A stretch of 56,276 bases of DNA, the filler included, from Sphacelaria rigidula (Eukaryota), in the NCBI GenBank assembly GCA_964200075.2. It is 7 parts of 7 records of this genome, joined end to end, with 100 filler letters (N's around TTAATTAATTAA, not from the genome) between each part and the next. Parts side by side here need not be neighbours in the genome. Positions count along the whole stretch, not along the records: positions 24,163 to 32,116 come from CAXNAA020012859.1; positions 32,217 to 40,170 come from CAXNAA020012860.1; 5 more parts are not named here. One strand, written 5' to 3'. A program made the position numbers and the translations under genes. This document shows positions 24,749 through 36,759 of the stretch, one piece after another (the stretch's first letter is position 1; every line of letters starts with the position of its first letter). The notes below the pieces were generated by a model. It was not told the DNA's origin. It did not search any database and saw only the letters and a list, made by a program, of their open reading frames with translations.

Positions 24749-25117
24749 GCTTGTTTTCAATATTATTTGTACCGTGAATGCAAAGTGCAAAGCCGCAGCA
24801 ACAGAGCAGCAGCGAGCAGCGATAGCAGCAGTAGAAGAGTGAGCGGTGCAGACTTCAGACTTCAGATAACAGAGGATCGATCCTCGAAAATGGGGTTGGG
24901 CACTAAGATGAGGTTCAAGTGGCATAATTAATATCCAGGCTTTGTGCGAAACAGTACGATGACTCTAGGGGAACGCATCGTCGCAAAAAAAGGAGGTGTT
25001 AAAGTGCACCGAATGAATGCGGTGTACACGCGTGTCGATGACAAAACCACCGGAGGAACAACAACGGAGAGGAAGCTCTCCGCCCGTGCCGTTCGTGTGC
25101 CCTCATTCGACGATTCC

Positions 25118-25577
25118 CGATCAACACAGGATCTTACAAATTGGAGATGGATCATCTTTTATTGGGGATGGGAAACCCGCAGAATTGAAATCTTCGTATC
25201 CACACCAAAAAATCTTCGAAATATGGCTCCATTTTTTCACCTACTGATAGCTACTGATAACTGCTACACGCCATAGAAATTTGGATTTCGATCACCAACA
25301 TATTGTAGTCCTAGGTGACAGACCATTATCGGAACCATTTTGGCGTCCGTTCGGACACCCAGAATTCCCCAACATTGTTTTTTCATGTAGGGCCCCGATA
25401 TTTCGGTGATCGAAATCCTAATTTCTATGGCGTATAGCAGTTATCAGTGGCTATCAGTAGGTGAAAAAATGGAACCATATTTCGAAGATTTAGTGTGAAT
25501 ACGAAGATTTTGATACTCCGGGTTTCTCATCCCCAATAAAAGATCCATCGCCAATTTGTAAGACCCCGTGTTGATCG
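25118..25577. mobile_element. Long-TIR MITE family A, well-preserved copy
   Basis: ~190-bp inverted arms: CGATCAACACAGGATCTTACAAATTGG ... CCAATTTGTAAGACCCCGTGTTGATCG. No clear TSD. Confidence 0.88.
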
Positions 25578-27983
25578 CTGGAGGAGACATTGACAACATG
25601 TTACCAGCACATACCTAATTTGCCATGTGCAGGCAGACGGATTATTTCTGAACAGCCTCCCGAAGATCGGGATGCCGAGGGGTGTCGTCTGTATCCTGTC
25701 CGTGGCGCTGACGAATGCAAACATTGATTTCTCTTTACCTCTCTTTTTAGACGGGACGGGCCTCTGTGCGCTGCAGCACACGTCGTCGTAAAGCAGGGTG
25801 ATGTTCCCCTCACTGATACTGTTCTCACACACACTCATGCCGGTAAGGACGGTGTTGTGGCGATAAGATCTATTCGCAACTTGGGGGGTGTTATTGCCAT
25901 AGTTGATTTTACCCGACCTCTGCACGTTTTTGTGCACAACAAGGAAAAGAGTCTCCCTCGCCCTAGTTGGGGGGATTCATGAGAGATCAAACACTCATGG
26001 AGATCTTCTTGGCATGCAGAGTGAAAAAAGAAACCTTTCACGGTGATCGAGCTGTTGCTGGCGTGATCCATATGGGGGCTGTAACCGGTCGGTCGTGCTC
26101 AACAGGGTGTGTGTGTTCCTGTTGCAAGGGGGAACAAATTCATGTGAGGATATCCTAAGCTGAGGCGAGATGTGGTTACGGTTTCACCAGGAACAAAGGT
26201 GTTCTACGATCAAGCACTTGCCGCTGTATATGTGACCCACGCCGTCAAGCACCGACCGCGGAGGTCTTGCCTAATAATGGCTTTCAATCACCGTAGTCGG
26301 CAGTACATCACACAAGCAAGCCCGATATAGCTTTCGTTACTCTACTGACTGCCTGTACAACAGTAGCGTTCTACAAAACAAACCCTGTACAGTTGAACAG
26401 TTTCCATTCTTCCATTTTATTCCACAGAATCCAAACGATGCCTGTATAGTTTCAGCTTGTCGACATTCGTGCAGTGTCCGTAATCCTCGTTCCAAGGGCG
26501 CAGGTCGATCGCGTGTCGGACGGGCTTATTGGAAAATGACTTTGTTTTGCTTCTACAGATTTCACTACGAGTATCTGTCAGATGCTGCATGAGGGGTATC
26601 CATCGTTGGTTTGTGCGCTGTACTCGATGGAACCGGGTCAGAATTGGACGAACACAAGGATTCAGATTAATTATACAGCTGAGGATAAGCCTCATTGCGA
26701 TTTTGTGCTTTGTCTCACTACTTCGATCCCGTCGCGTCTCATATTTGGGATGGTGGGTAAAGAACGTGACACTCAATCAGGTGTAGGTAGCACTGGAACA
26801 TGCTCTAATCTTGCAGGTCTAGAATATAGCTCTTCTTCTGCGTGAAGACAGAAGGAGAGCGGAAGCACCTACGTCAAGAAGAGAACCGGGAAGCGGTGAA
26901 AATCCCAGCTGGAAAAAAAAAGACGGACACGCCGAGCTAGGTGCTTTCAGGGTGGCCACGTTTCATGGCCGTCCCAAGGTGAAAATACGAATTCTCTGTG
27001 ATCAAAATATGAGCGCTCTGTCATTTTGTGTTTCGTTTCTGTTTTCATCAAGTCAAGTGCAACACTAAACACAAATATGGCTGTGGGCAAGCTGTGGGGG
27101 GTAAGTGTGCCGGTTGAGCACTTGAGATGATACCTAGGTGCTGTATCGGGACGCGTGCACACATGCAGCTGGAAGTGGTATATTCCTGCCTTTGATTTGC
27201 TAGAACTCTAGTAGTCGATCTGTCCCGTCGTCTTCGTGTACCTGCACAGCGAGTTGTCTCTGCTGTAGTACCATCATCGTATTACCTTTGCGCCTGCTGT
27301 CTTGTCATTTCAAATTCCCCGCACGGAAGAAGACCTCTTTCCGGAACCTACGGCCCCTTTTCCGAAGTCCAGTTATTATTTAGAAGCATCGACGTTTCTA
27401 GGGAACGTGGTTGTCGCACTACTGTACTACGCACAACACAGTGCAGAAGGTACAGGATCTCATATTCCAATTCGTAGGATAGAGAGTAACCACTTCGTGA
27501 GACGCGTGCTTCCATTTCTCTGTTTCGCTGTGTGCAGAGTAATGTGGTGGTACTACCAACGAACTATGTGTACCGTTCTGTTTTGCACCATACGACAAGT
27601 ATTCACAACTCACTTCATAACTGTTGTAGGAATAGGAGGGGTGAGTGTACCGTGGTCACTCTGGAGAGTATCGGGTGTTTTTCGGGATGTATCGAAGGGA
27701 TACGGTGCCACAGTACGCCACCGTACAGCGCAGTACGGTCGGAGTTGCACACCGATGAAAAGCACCGCAAGACTTCAACATATATCTGATGCTACTTGTC
27801 GCGAGAGGAGGGGTCTGTTTCTGAAGATGTCGTTTTCTATTCTCGCTTCTAGAGCTGTCACACACGAAGGCATTTGTTCCCCGGAGAAAATGCGCCACCG
27901 ACTTCATAGTTCAGTAGATATCAAAAGTTATTGTGATAGGAATTTTCGGGGGAAATTATCGCTTGATTTGAATATTATCTGAC

Positions 27984-28087
27984 AGACCGCGGTACAGGTA
28001 TATAGTCCATCCGGATGATTCATACTTTTTCAAGTAAATATTGATACCGATTCAACAGGTGACCTACCCTCGCGGTCACAGGGTTAA
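27984..28087. mobile_element. piggyBac-type MITE
   Basis: CATACTTTTTCAAGT...CCGATTCAACAGGTGACCTACCCTCGCGGTCACAGGG-TTAA. Confidence 0.8.
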
Positions 28088-28422
28088 CGGCGGTCTTGGG
28101 ATCTTCAGTGGGGCTGACAGTCCCAAGTGCTCTCTCTCTCTATCACTGTACCGGTAGCCTGCGCAGAACGGGCTTTTGTCCAAATCGCAAGTGGCGATTT
28201 GACATCTTGCCAACCCATACATTGGCTAGGGCACCAACCCTCTGCGCGTCTCTTGCCCGAGGGTTCTTGGTATGCCTTGGGCTATGGTTAGGATCAGGAT
28301 TAGTTTCTCGAGCATGCATGTATGATGCAAGCTCAATGGAGGAACTGATCGCGTGGGCTGGAAAGGCTGGGTCCGTCGCAAACGATGGCTTCGTGTTTTT
28401 GCCATGGGTGAGCAAAAACAAC

Positions 28423-28697
28423 CACAGTTCGGACGAATCATCGCCAATTCGAATCACCAAACCCACGGTTTTTCAGGCCTGATTGCTCGAAAGGGAAGGA
28501 AAGGTTGATTGCTGGCCAGAAAGGTCTCCACGCATCGTTTGCGCCACTCCACGTGCCGGGGCTGCGCGTACCTGGCATGCAACGCTGAAAACAAAACCTA
28601 AGCCTAAGCCTTGCCTAAGCATTGATTCGTACGGTATGAATCATTTGCACGAAAATCAAGTCATTTCCAGACGAATCATTACTTCGTTCGACCCTTG
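28423..28697 (-). mobile_element. hAT-type MITE family H
   Basis: TIRs CACAGTTCGGACGAAT / TTCGTTCGACCCTTG; 8-bp flanks AAAACAAC / ACAACAAC (7 of 8 match). Confidence 0.85.
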
Positions 28698-29420
28698 ACA
28701 ACAACCTTGTCGTTTTGGGCGGTGCTTCCAACCATAAAACCTACAAAAATCATCGCAACGTCCTGGTGTGATTTTCAAACTTGAATTTCCTGCAGGCAGG
28801 TCTATCGGTGGACGTCGGCGATATCTTTTCGACACCATCGCTATCGGGACCATGAGGAAGGACCCTGTTCTCCCTGTCACCGGGGGGGGGGCAGGATACT
28901 CGAGACAGTAAAGTTGAATATGACACCTCAGTACACAACGTACTGACATTTCTACACACAAGTTTCACGTGTTGTTTCATCGCGCAAGCACTGCTGTGAC
29001 GTCACCAATCCTCCCTCACGGGACTCTGATTTGAACCGTGGTCCGTTTCACTACCCTTGAACCTCCAGGGTTGGTGATCAACGTCTCACGTTCATTTTTT
29101 AAGTAAAAAAATGATCCCGATAAGAGATGACCTAACCTGGTGGTAAAAGGGAGGGGGGGTCCACGGTTACTGTCTCCGGTGACAGCGGTTTCCCCCTTGA
29201 AATATTTTCCCGGCGGCGTGGTGTTGCGCCTGCGGGGGGCGGCGCGCGGGGTTTTACTCTGTTGTACCTGGGTCATGTACTTCCGTCACTTGCGGCACTT
29301 TGAGGCACCTGGCTGGAAAGTGACTCCGTCTGAACAGCAAGCTTGTGTTTTGGAATAGCTCGCGCCAGACGCAAATCGCAAACAAAAACTACTACAGAAT
29401 ATGATTTGTTCCCCTTGTAA

Positions 29421-29621
29421 TGCGTGAGAGGACCGTGTGCTTAGAGGACCGCGCCGTGACTCGAAACACCTCACGATCGACGTTTTCCAAAACCAATCGG
29501 GTCAGCCCCTGCAGGGACCACGCCCCTCACCCCTACCCCAACACTAACCCTCACCCTAACCCTTACCATAGGGATGTTCAAATCCCGAGGCGGTCCTCTG
29601 AGCACGCGGTCCTCTCACGCA
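29421..29621. mobile_element. MITE-like element with ~32-bp TIRs and an internal telomere-like (CCCTAA) tract
   Basis: TGCGTGAGAGGACCGTGTGCTTAGAGGACCGC / GCGGTCCTCTGAGCACGCGGTCCTCTCACGCA; degenerate CCCT(A/C)A hexamers at about 29523-29566. Confidence 0.75.
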
Positions 29622-30103
29622 CCACACACCTTCCCTTGGGATTTGCGCGGGCGTCCCAAAGGCTAAAATGCGGGTAAACTAGTCCTAATGAACCTCCCGT
29701 GAAATGCCCCGCAAAATCCCGCGAAGCCATCCACGACAGACTCGCACTGTGGACAGGTTGTTTCGGGTATGGAGGCAAGGGATCAGCCAGTAGACGAGGG
29801 GACCATCGCTACGGGTGGTGGTGAAACGGCGCAGCGCGTGGTTATCGCACGGCGAACACGAGACAGACTCCCAATTATCACCCTCCCCCCCCTGTTGGGG
29901 GAAATCCAGGACGTGAACGAAGGTGGCATGAAATCTTTTGATGCATTAGACAGTAGGAAGAAAACAATGGCTATACTATGAGATGGTGGCCACAGACGGC
30001 GAAACAGGACGGGGATAATATATGTATACGGTTTTTGTGCAAGATATTGAAGAAACGTGATAAGCGCCGGAATGTTGGAAGCTATCTCTATTAAAAGTAG
30101 GAA

Positions 30104-30171
30104 CGGTGCTCCGTCTCGAAAGGGATGCGTGGTCAATGGTCAAACGACTAAGGCAAGCAACACTTGAGTAC
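30104..30171 (+). repeat. Dispersed repeat family F, diverged
   Basis: GTGCTCCGTC...AGGGATGCGTGGTCAATGGTCAAACGACTAAGGCAAGCAA...GAGTAC. Confidence 0.7.
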
Positions 30172-30597
30172 GCACCCTCCCCCCCTGTTCGTTACCCACA
30201 GAAAATGCTGGCGAAGCGCCATCTGGGGCATCATTCCCCCAGTTATTTCCCGTCCTCTACTTACCGGATATATAAAGAAGAGACCTCATTTCCTCCCCTC
30301 CCCTCGCCTCGCCTCGCCTCGCCTTTGGCGGACCGTTTTTTTTCCTGCTCCGAAGAGCATCTATTATGAGTGTACGAATTAGATTTGTTGAAAGCTTTTT
30401 TCGTTGCTCCATCCTTTGCGAGTTAAATTCCACCGCACGTTTTCGACACCAAACATAAATGATGAGACACGGCCTTAGCTTGTTTGATCGAATATGTGCG
30501 GCGGAAAAGGCACGAAGGTAAACTTCACTCATCTTCTGGGCCACCACACTAGATACCACTCGCTCACATAAGCACGCAAGCCTCGCACAATTCGTTC

Positions 30598-30706
30598 TTA
30601 ACCCTTTGACCGCGAAGGTAGGTCACCTGCTGAATCGGCGTCAAACTGATTTTTGAAAAGTATGCGTGGTCTAGATGGATTATCCGCATTGCGGTCTGAG
30701 GGTCAA
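30598..30706. mobile_element. piggyBac-type MITE
   Basis: TTAA-CCCTTTGACCGCGAAGGTAGGTCACCTGCTGAATCGG ... GCGGTCTGAGGG-TCAA. Confidence 0.82.
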
Positions 30707-31684
30707 CTTCCACTGCAACCCTACAGCATGGAGGATAAGTTCAGCACAGGGATGCATACGCTGCCGTAGATGGGAACCGGCACTACTATCCTCCTGGCAT
30801 GATTGATATCCTGGTCGGCATAAACTTGAGCATCTTCTTTTATGGTATTTTTTTATCGGGGTCGGCGTCACTAATTTCGTGGTAGGGTGGGCGAACGAAG
30901 TACATAACGTTCATGGACAGTACATACAGAACAAATCTGTACGTTATTCAAATCATCTTCACATCCTACTATACAGGGTACAGACAGCACTGTACTGCAT
31001 GTACTGCTCGTTGCCCGCTTTCTTTTCTGCATCCTACTGTACGAAAACACACCCACAGCCTGTACACTGACTGCCGACTACGAGTGAGGAAGTACCGCTT
31101 TTGCGATTTCCGCCGTATTTTTCCGCTTCTGCGCTTGCAAAGTCGCTCGGATCCAAACTGCACAAAACAACAGAATGCGGTCGAATCAATTTCTGTACAA
31201 ACTTTTTCGTTCGATGGAATACAGGAATTTGTCGAGATGCGCCCTCATAACAAACAGAAGTATAATTTATGGTCACTCGAAAGAAGTATGTCTATCTAGA
31301 TCGATGGAATCGGTAGAGCAAGTCGATGCCAGCACTACCACACAACGCCAACACAATAGCGGCCTGCTCATAGTAAACGCGGTTGTAAGAAAACCCGGCT
31401 GAGATTTCCAAAAAATAGAAGATGTTCGACTCTGAGCGAAGAGTGCCACACTAAGTCCAGTACAGGAGGCCTTTGCATCGGCAGGAACCTCATGCTGAGC
31501 CTGATTTCCAGTTTTTCATGAGCGGGGCGCTACTGTACAATGAATTAATCTCTCGTCTCTATTATCATGTGTAGACTCCAAGTCTCGGCTAACCTAACTG
31601 ACTCGCTCTCTTTGATGGTCCAAAGAAGCAGTGCGAGTCTCACCGCCTTTTCGAACCTTTAAATTTCAGTCTCTTTCGCTGCGG

Positions 31685-31940
31685 CAGCTGCACTTGATCC
31701 AAATAACTTGTCTCACCAATTGTAGAATCAAGTGCCTCAGCTATTCTATGATCAAGTGACTTGGCTCAGCTGTCCTTCAGTTGTAGCAACTGTCCTGTCC
31801 TACTCCTGAATCAAGTAGCCTCCCTCACTTGGTTCAGGATAACTTGACTTGGTTCACTCATACTTGGTCCAAGTACCGTGCGTCAGCTAGCCTGAGATCA
31901 AGTGACGTGGTTCACCTGTACTCAATTCAAGTCGCTTACC
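31685..31940. repeat. Cluster of degenerate ATCAAGT(GA)/ACTTG(G/A) motifs in both orientations
   Basis: Roughly a dozen TCAAGT/ACTTG-type words within 250 bp. Confidence 0.6.
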
Positions 31941-32116
31941 TCCCCCAATCTCAGATCGAGTGAATCGTTTTGCATATGAGTTAGGGTAATAACAGTTCCA
32001 TGTAGGAGTTAGTACTCCCCCCCCCCCCCCCCCCCCCCCACAAAAAAAAAAAAAAGGAGGGGAGAGAGAGGAGAGTTTTTTGTTGGCGCGCCGCCCCCTC
32101 ACTACTCTTTAACCCC

Positions 32117-32216
32117 NNNNNNNNNNNNNNNNNNNNNNNNNNNNNNNNNNNNNNNNNNNNTTAATTAATTAANNNNNNNNNNNNNNNNNNNNNNNNNNNN
32201 NNNNNNNNNNNNNNNN
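32117..32216. other. Artificial contig spacer
   Basis: N44-TTAATTAATTAA-N44. Confidence 0.99.
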
Positions 32217-32837
32217 GGGGGGTATGGTTTTCACCATTTTTTCCCCCGCGTTTTTAGTTTTCTTTTCTTCATGTTTTCTTTTTTTTCCTTGGTTTTTTTG
32301 CGGTTGCCCCCCCCCCCCCCCCTCTCCGCCGCCGCCCGCGCGTCGTTCTCCTTCCCCGTCCATTGTCTTCGTCTTTGTAAAGCAATGTTTAGACGAATTA
32401 AATTTGGCAATGTCGAGTTGTCAGCGGCGTACACCTTCGGATATGACACGAAATATGGGGTGATTCTATCGCTCTACAATTACTTCGTGGCCGTTTTTGT
32501 AAAAACTCCGAGAACGTGGGAGACCGTATTGTGGCACTCAATTTTCGAGTGAACGTGATGCCGATCCAGCAGATGGGAACCCCTGGGCAGTCACATGTTG
32601 AGAATGTTCTTGGCGAACAAAACAGAGCAACCTCGAAAGCTTGCCGATGCTCCGAGGAACTGGATATCGAGGAACAGACGCTAGTACATTTTTTTTTTTT
32701 TCCCCGGACATTGACACACCAACAGCGACAGATATTTTGACTGTTCGGTTCTGTTCCGTTCCGTTTCCTTCCATTTTTGTGTCATGCGTGTCTTGTCTTA
32801 TTTTTGTCTGTTGAACGTATTTTTTTTATTCTTGCAG

Positions 32838-32927
32838 GAAAAGTGGGAAAATACGATTTTCGACACCGTCCTCCTGGACCACTACTGGCTTCCAGACTCG
32901 GTGGTGTGGCTGAATAAGGGCTACATG
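32838..32927 (+). CDS. Exon of an uncharacterised, possibly SAM-methyltransferase-fold protein
   Basis: Strong acceptor TTTTTTTATTCTTGCAG| and donor ATG|GTGAGC; 90 nt: EKWENTIFDTVLLDHYWLPDSVVWLNKGYM. Confidence 0.7.
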
Positions 32928-33052
32928 GTGAGCACGCTTTTGTACAGTTAGGAACAAGGGCGAATTATTTCACATGGTGAAACCATAGAACGCCTACCCT
33001 GGACAAGAAATTACGCTGTCAAAAAGTGTACTGTGCACAGTGTGGAATCTAT

Positions 33053-33308
33053 CAAGGGTCGGACAAATAATGATTCGTCTGAAAATCACTTGGTTTTGGT
33101 GTGATGAGTCGACTCGTGACGAATCAATCCTCAGGCTTCATTTCAGCGTTGAAACCCAGGTACACGCAGCCCACACACGTGGAATGGCGCAAAAGTTGCG
33201 TGGATACCCCTTGGACCAGCGATCAACTTTTTTCTCCCTGTTGGGCAACCAGGCCGAAGAAATCGTGAATTTGGTGATTTTAAGTCGTGAGGATTCGTCC
33301 TAACCGTG
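33053..33308 (+). mobile_element. hAT-type MITE family H (intronic)
   Basis: TIRs CAAGGGTCGGACAAAT / ATTCGTCCTAACCGTG; perfect 8-bp TSD GAATCTAT (33045-33052, 33309-33316). Confidence 0.92.
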
Positions 33309-34298
33309 GAATCTATTGTCTATCGAAATAGACATTATTCGAAACTGTACGCAGGATGACACTTTTTTCACAGTTTATTACAAGAAGAAAATTTATTGCA
33401 CAGGGTGTGATCGAATGCGATGGCATCTGTTTCGGAGTTGCCCAGAAAATTTATGTTCAACTCAGTGGTGGATGATGTGTCGTAGGTCACGGAGCGCACG
33501 AGTATCAATCACTCTCGATGATCATGGTGATGATGATGACCCTGGTCCAAATGTCACCCGTGATGATCCGTGGTTTTCGATCTCGACTTCGTCTGTAATC
33601 ACGAAGGCCTCGCCCGCACTTGACCAACTAATCCGATTTACCGAGGGACATTGTTCACCGAGATATATCCAACGGCGCGATGTATCTGACGGCATGAACG
33701 CTCCTTGATTTTCACCAAACAGGAGGAGAAATAAAACTGAGAACTCGCGTCCGCGTGGGTGAAAGCATCCCGTACCTTGGAGCACCTAAATATTGCAGGT
33801 TCAGCCCTTTTTTTCAAATGATCATTAGTGTGTTCCACTCGCTGAGAATCTTCGGCGGGGACGATGTAACCGTGAAGGTGTTCAGGGGTGTACGCTTGTG
33901 CTGTGGTAGTGGGTGTGTAGATGTTCCCCTTCAGTCCGCACTACGGTTGCGCAGGTGAGCAGAGAACGATGCACGAAGGCCCGGGAGTGCGCTGTGCAAT
34001 CGCCGGGCTTGGTGCCGAAACGAAACGAAGCGTTCTGTAGGCGAATAGAAGGGTGAACTGGAATCGAGACGGGAGGTGCACCATTCGGTGGTGGACTGAT
34101 CGATGAAGCCTACTGTGTGCGTACGTGACCTGTCGATGTGCCGTGGCCCTGCGCGCGGCGACGTGACTCGCCGCAGTGATCTTGTTCCCCTGCTTTTACT
34201 TTGCCCCTTAGCCAGACTTTTTTGCTGAGCCTTTCCCGCTCTTGTTATGACCCGTTATTGTTGTTGTTGTTGTTGTTTTGCCGTGCGTGTGGTTTCAG

Positions 34299-34391
34299 GC
34301 GAACGACGGAGGCCTGATCCACAACCTTGTGCTGATGACAAACACTCGGTTGTTGCGGGAGGACTTCGAGATCATGCTGCCCATTAACCAG
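34299..34391 (+). CDS. Next exon of the same gene
   Basis: TTTCAG| and CAG|GTGCGA; 93 nt, phase 0/0: ANDGGLIHNLVLMTNTRLLREDFEIMLPINQ. Confidence 0.65.
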
Positions 34392-34502
34392 GTGCGACTT
34401 TGACAGCACGAGAGCGCACGAGTATGGAGCTAGCTTCATTCTACTACATATCATTTTTCCATATAGTGGCATTTTCCCGTGTTCGCGCGTCTTGCACAAA
34501 AG

Positions 34503-34712
34503 CTCGTGTTTCTGAAGTCAAGAGAGGCCTGGGTGGTGCTACGTGAGCTGGCGACCAAATCCCTCTTCCGGGCGCTTGTCGTGAAGTTTAGGGCTAGAGA
34601 AATTGAGAGCACGCGGCCTGCGGATAAAGGCTTGAGTACCCTGAAAAATGGTCGTACCGCCAATTCTTACGAGGATGACTGTTCTGGTATCCCCCCTCTG
34701 GGGGTTCCTTGA
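34503..34712 (+). CDS. Probable third exon of the same gene
   Basis: AAG| acceptor in phase 0, open to TGA at 34712 (LVFLKSREAWVVLRELATKSLFRALVVKF...); alternative donor at 34686/34687. Confidence 0.45.
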   Translation, partial: LVFLKSREAWVVLRELATKSLFRALVVKFRAREIESTRPADKGLSTLKNGRTANSYEDDCSGIPPLGVP

Positions 34713-35517
34713 GCGAGTGTTGACGTTTTTTTTTACCTTGCGTACGTCAATGTTGGGACCACAGCTGCGTTGTCGGGGGATCACTGGATGTAAGGCAAGT
34801 CATTTCTGAGCGGCGAGGGATGGTGGAAGTTGGGGTTGTACTCACCGCGTGAGGGCACACAGCGAGGTACCGAGTGTCGTTCGTTGGTGTGGCTGAGGAG
34901 AGGAAGGACTGAGGATTGTAACGGCAAGCGTATCGTGGCCGATGCATCCGTTTGGCTACCGGAGTTGACGGTAGATGACTCTGCGGTGTGCTTCGTCACG
35001 GTCGATGCGCCTCAATTCTTCTTTTCGGTCATGGATGCGCTATGACAAACGAAACAAATGAGACCCTGCATCCGTGCGGCTGAGGGGTCTCAGGTACATC
35101 GTGTTCTCAGGTACATCGTGTTGTGGGAGCACTGTTACAGCGCATTCCGTGTGCGGGTTCTGATTTTACGTGGGTATACGCGCCATGGGCGTGCATGTGA
35201 TGCCCGGTTCTGATGTTCTCCCCGCGCTTTGTGCTGACTTGTTTTTCACGCCGTGCTGGACCGCACGCGGGGTAAACCCCGATCGCAGGCGTTCTTCGAG
35301 CTTCTGCTGCCGCACTTCCACGACCTTGAAAAGTGAGTACTTACACCGCTGTCTGGCGCTGGGCTGTCAGTCGTTTATTGACCCCTCACTGCTGGAGATT
35401 GGTAGTAGTAGTGCAGGAACTTCCGACCGTATCAATCGAGATAACAGAACTTCACTTCTTGGAAGAGGTGGAGAGGTGTGAAATTTGACAACAGTACATC
35501 GATCCAGCACTTGGCGG

Positions 35518-36180
35518 CTACATATGACCGTTTCCCGGGGTCAGGAGAGACTTCGGCTCTTCACGCTCTATTCCCTCCGCAACAGGGTTAACACCAGCCG
35601 TGTCCATGATGCAATGCAGAGCCGTGTCGGGTGCATGTGTGGAAGTTACACGCCACGACAGCGAGGCCGTGCATGGACACACATGAGAGGCAGGGCGTAC
35701 ACGATGGGAAGCTATTTGGTTTCCTCTTTGCCCTGCCTTAATATTTTTCCCGTGCGCCGCGTCCTTCATTTGAGATGTCCTTGTTCGCACTTTTTTTTCG
35801 GATGCGCGCCAACATCCATCCGGCTGGACACGTATTTGCACTTGGGATCGATGTTTGTCGAAGCACGTGAGCATGTATGCGGTACGCCAACTGCACGAAA
35901 TCCAAGCCCCTCAAATGAGGCCTTCTTGCCATGACGTCGTTGCACATGCACGCGATTCTTCTCCTTCTACCGCGGTACACTTGGAGCCTTCCGCGCCATC
36001 CATGTTTTGTGCGTCAACGGTCACATTTTCCATGATGAGGACGATTCTACTGAAGGGCCTGTTTGTAGCCTCTACGGCGCTGTAGAGTTTACCGAAGGGC
36101 TTGTTTCTGGCACTTTTGCGATGAGGCACGTGCTTCATGCTTGTGTCTGGCCACACCGCGTTGTACCCTCCAAGCGGTAA
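35518..36180 (-). pseudogene. Decayed C5 DNA-methyltransferase-like reading frame
   Basis: Ordered motif-like remnants: LGG..PDTS (IV-like), NRPFSRIVLIMENV (VI), FEGLGFRAV (shifted frame), LTCFDKHRSQVQIRV (VIII-like), PVAEGIER (X-like); in-frame TGA at 35911-35913. Read by eye only. Confidence 0.35.
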
Positions 36181-36334
36181 TGGCCATTAGTTTTGTCGCA
36201 CACAACCGACAGACAAGATCATTCCTCTGTTGCCCTAAAACGTTCACTGGGCTACGCATCATTTTTTTTCCTTGATGGAAGGAGGAAACCCAAACCAACA
36301 CTTGCCACGCAAGTGATCGTAGGCGATTGCTAGC

Positions 36335-36456
36335 GAGTTCGTGTGCCTATTACCTGGAGGCTCGGCTAGACCACCTTGCTGTAGTCATGTGGGGAAGGCG
36401 CCTGGAGCGGTGGCTCAAGGCAGTGTGGGGGGTGCTCCCACTCAACCCCCCTGTCC
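36335..36456. repeat. Dispersed repeat G, third copy (inverted relative to 8422/8752)
   Basis: Reverse strand GGTGGTCTAGCCGAGCCTCCAGGTAATAGGCACACGAAC. Confidence 0.78.
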
Positions 36457-36759
36457 ACTTGGCGCAGTACACGCGCCGCCCTGCTCTTAGGAGCTTCCGC
36501 CCTCAACGCATCATCCCTGAAATATACATCATTCTTGAAATACCCACACCTCCTCTGTGGACAGTTGACGCACATATTCGAAGGCATTATTTGATTTTCC
36601 CTCTCTGAACACGGCATCGCTGCTCACGACCAAGTACTGCTTGGCTGGTGACTGTGATGTTCACCAACGCCCCCTTCTTTTGCTTCTCGCCGTGTCTGTT
36701 GGGCACTCCGTGGCGAGCGCGTTTGCAAGTAAATGTTCCGCCATCTGTCGCATTTGCCG

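Noticed and set aside
25527..25937. GIPIFGRLF resembling a bacterial secretin motif
   Set aside because: Nine residues only, with no other secretin features; the ORF runs into a MITE.
26417..26560. Possible terminal exon KPVRHAIDLRPWNEDYGHCTNVDKLKLYRHRLDSVE*
   Set aside because: Weak acceptor, no partner exon and no recognisable family.
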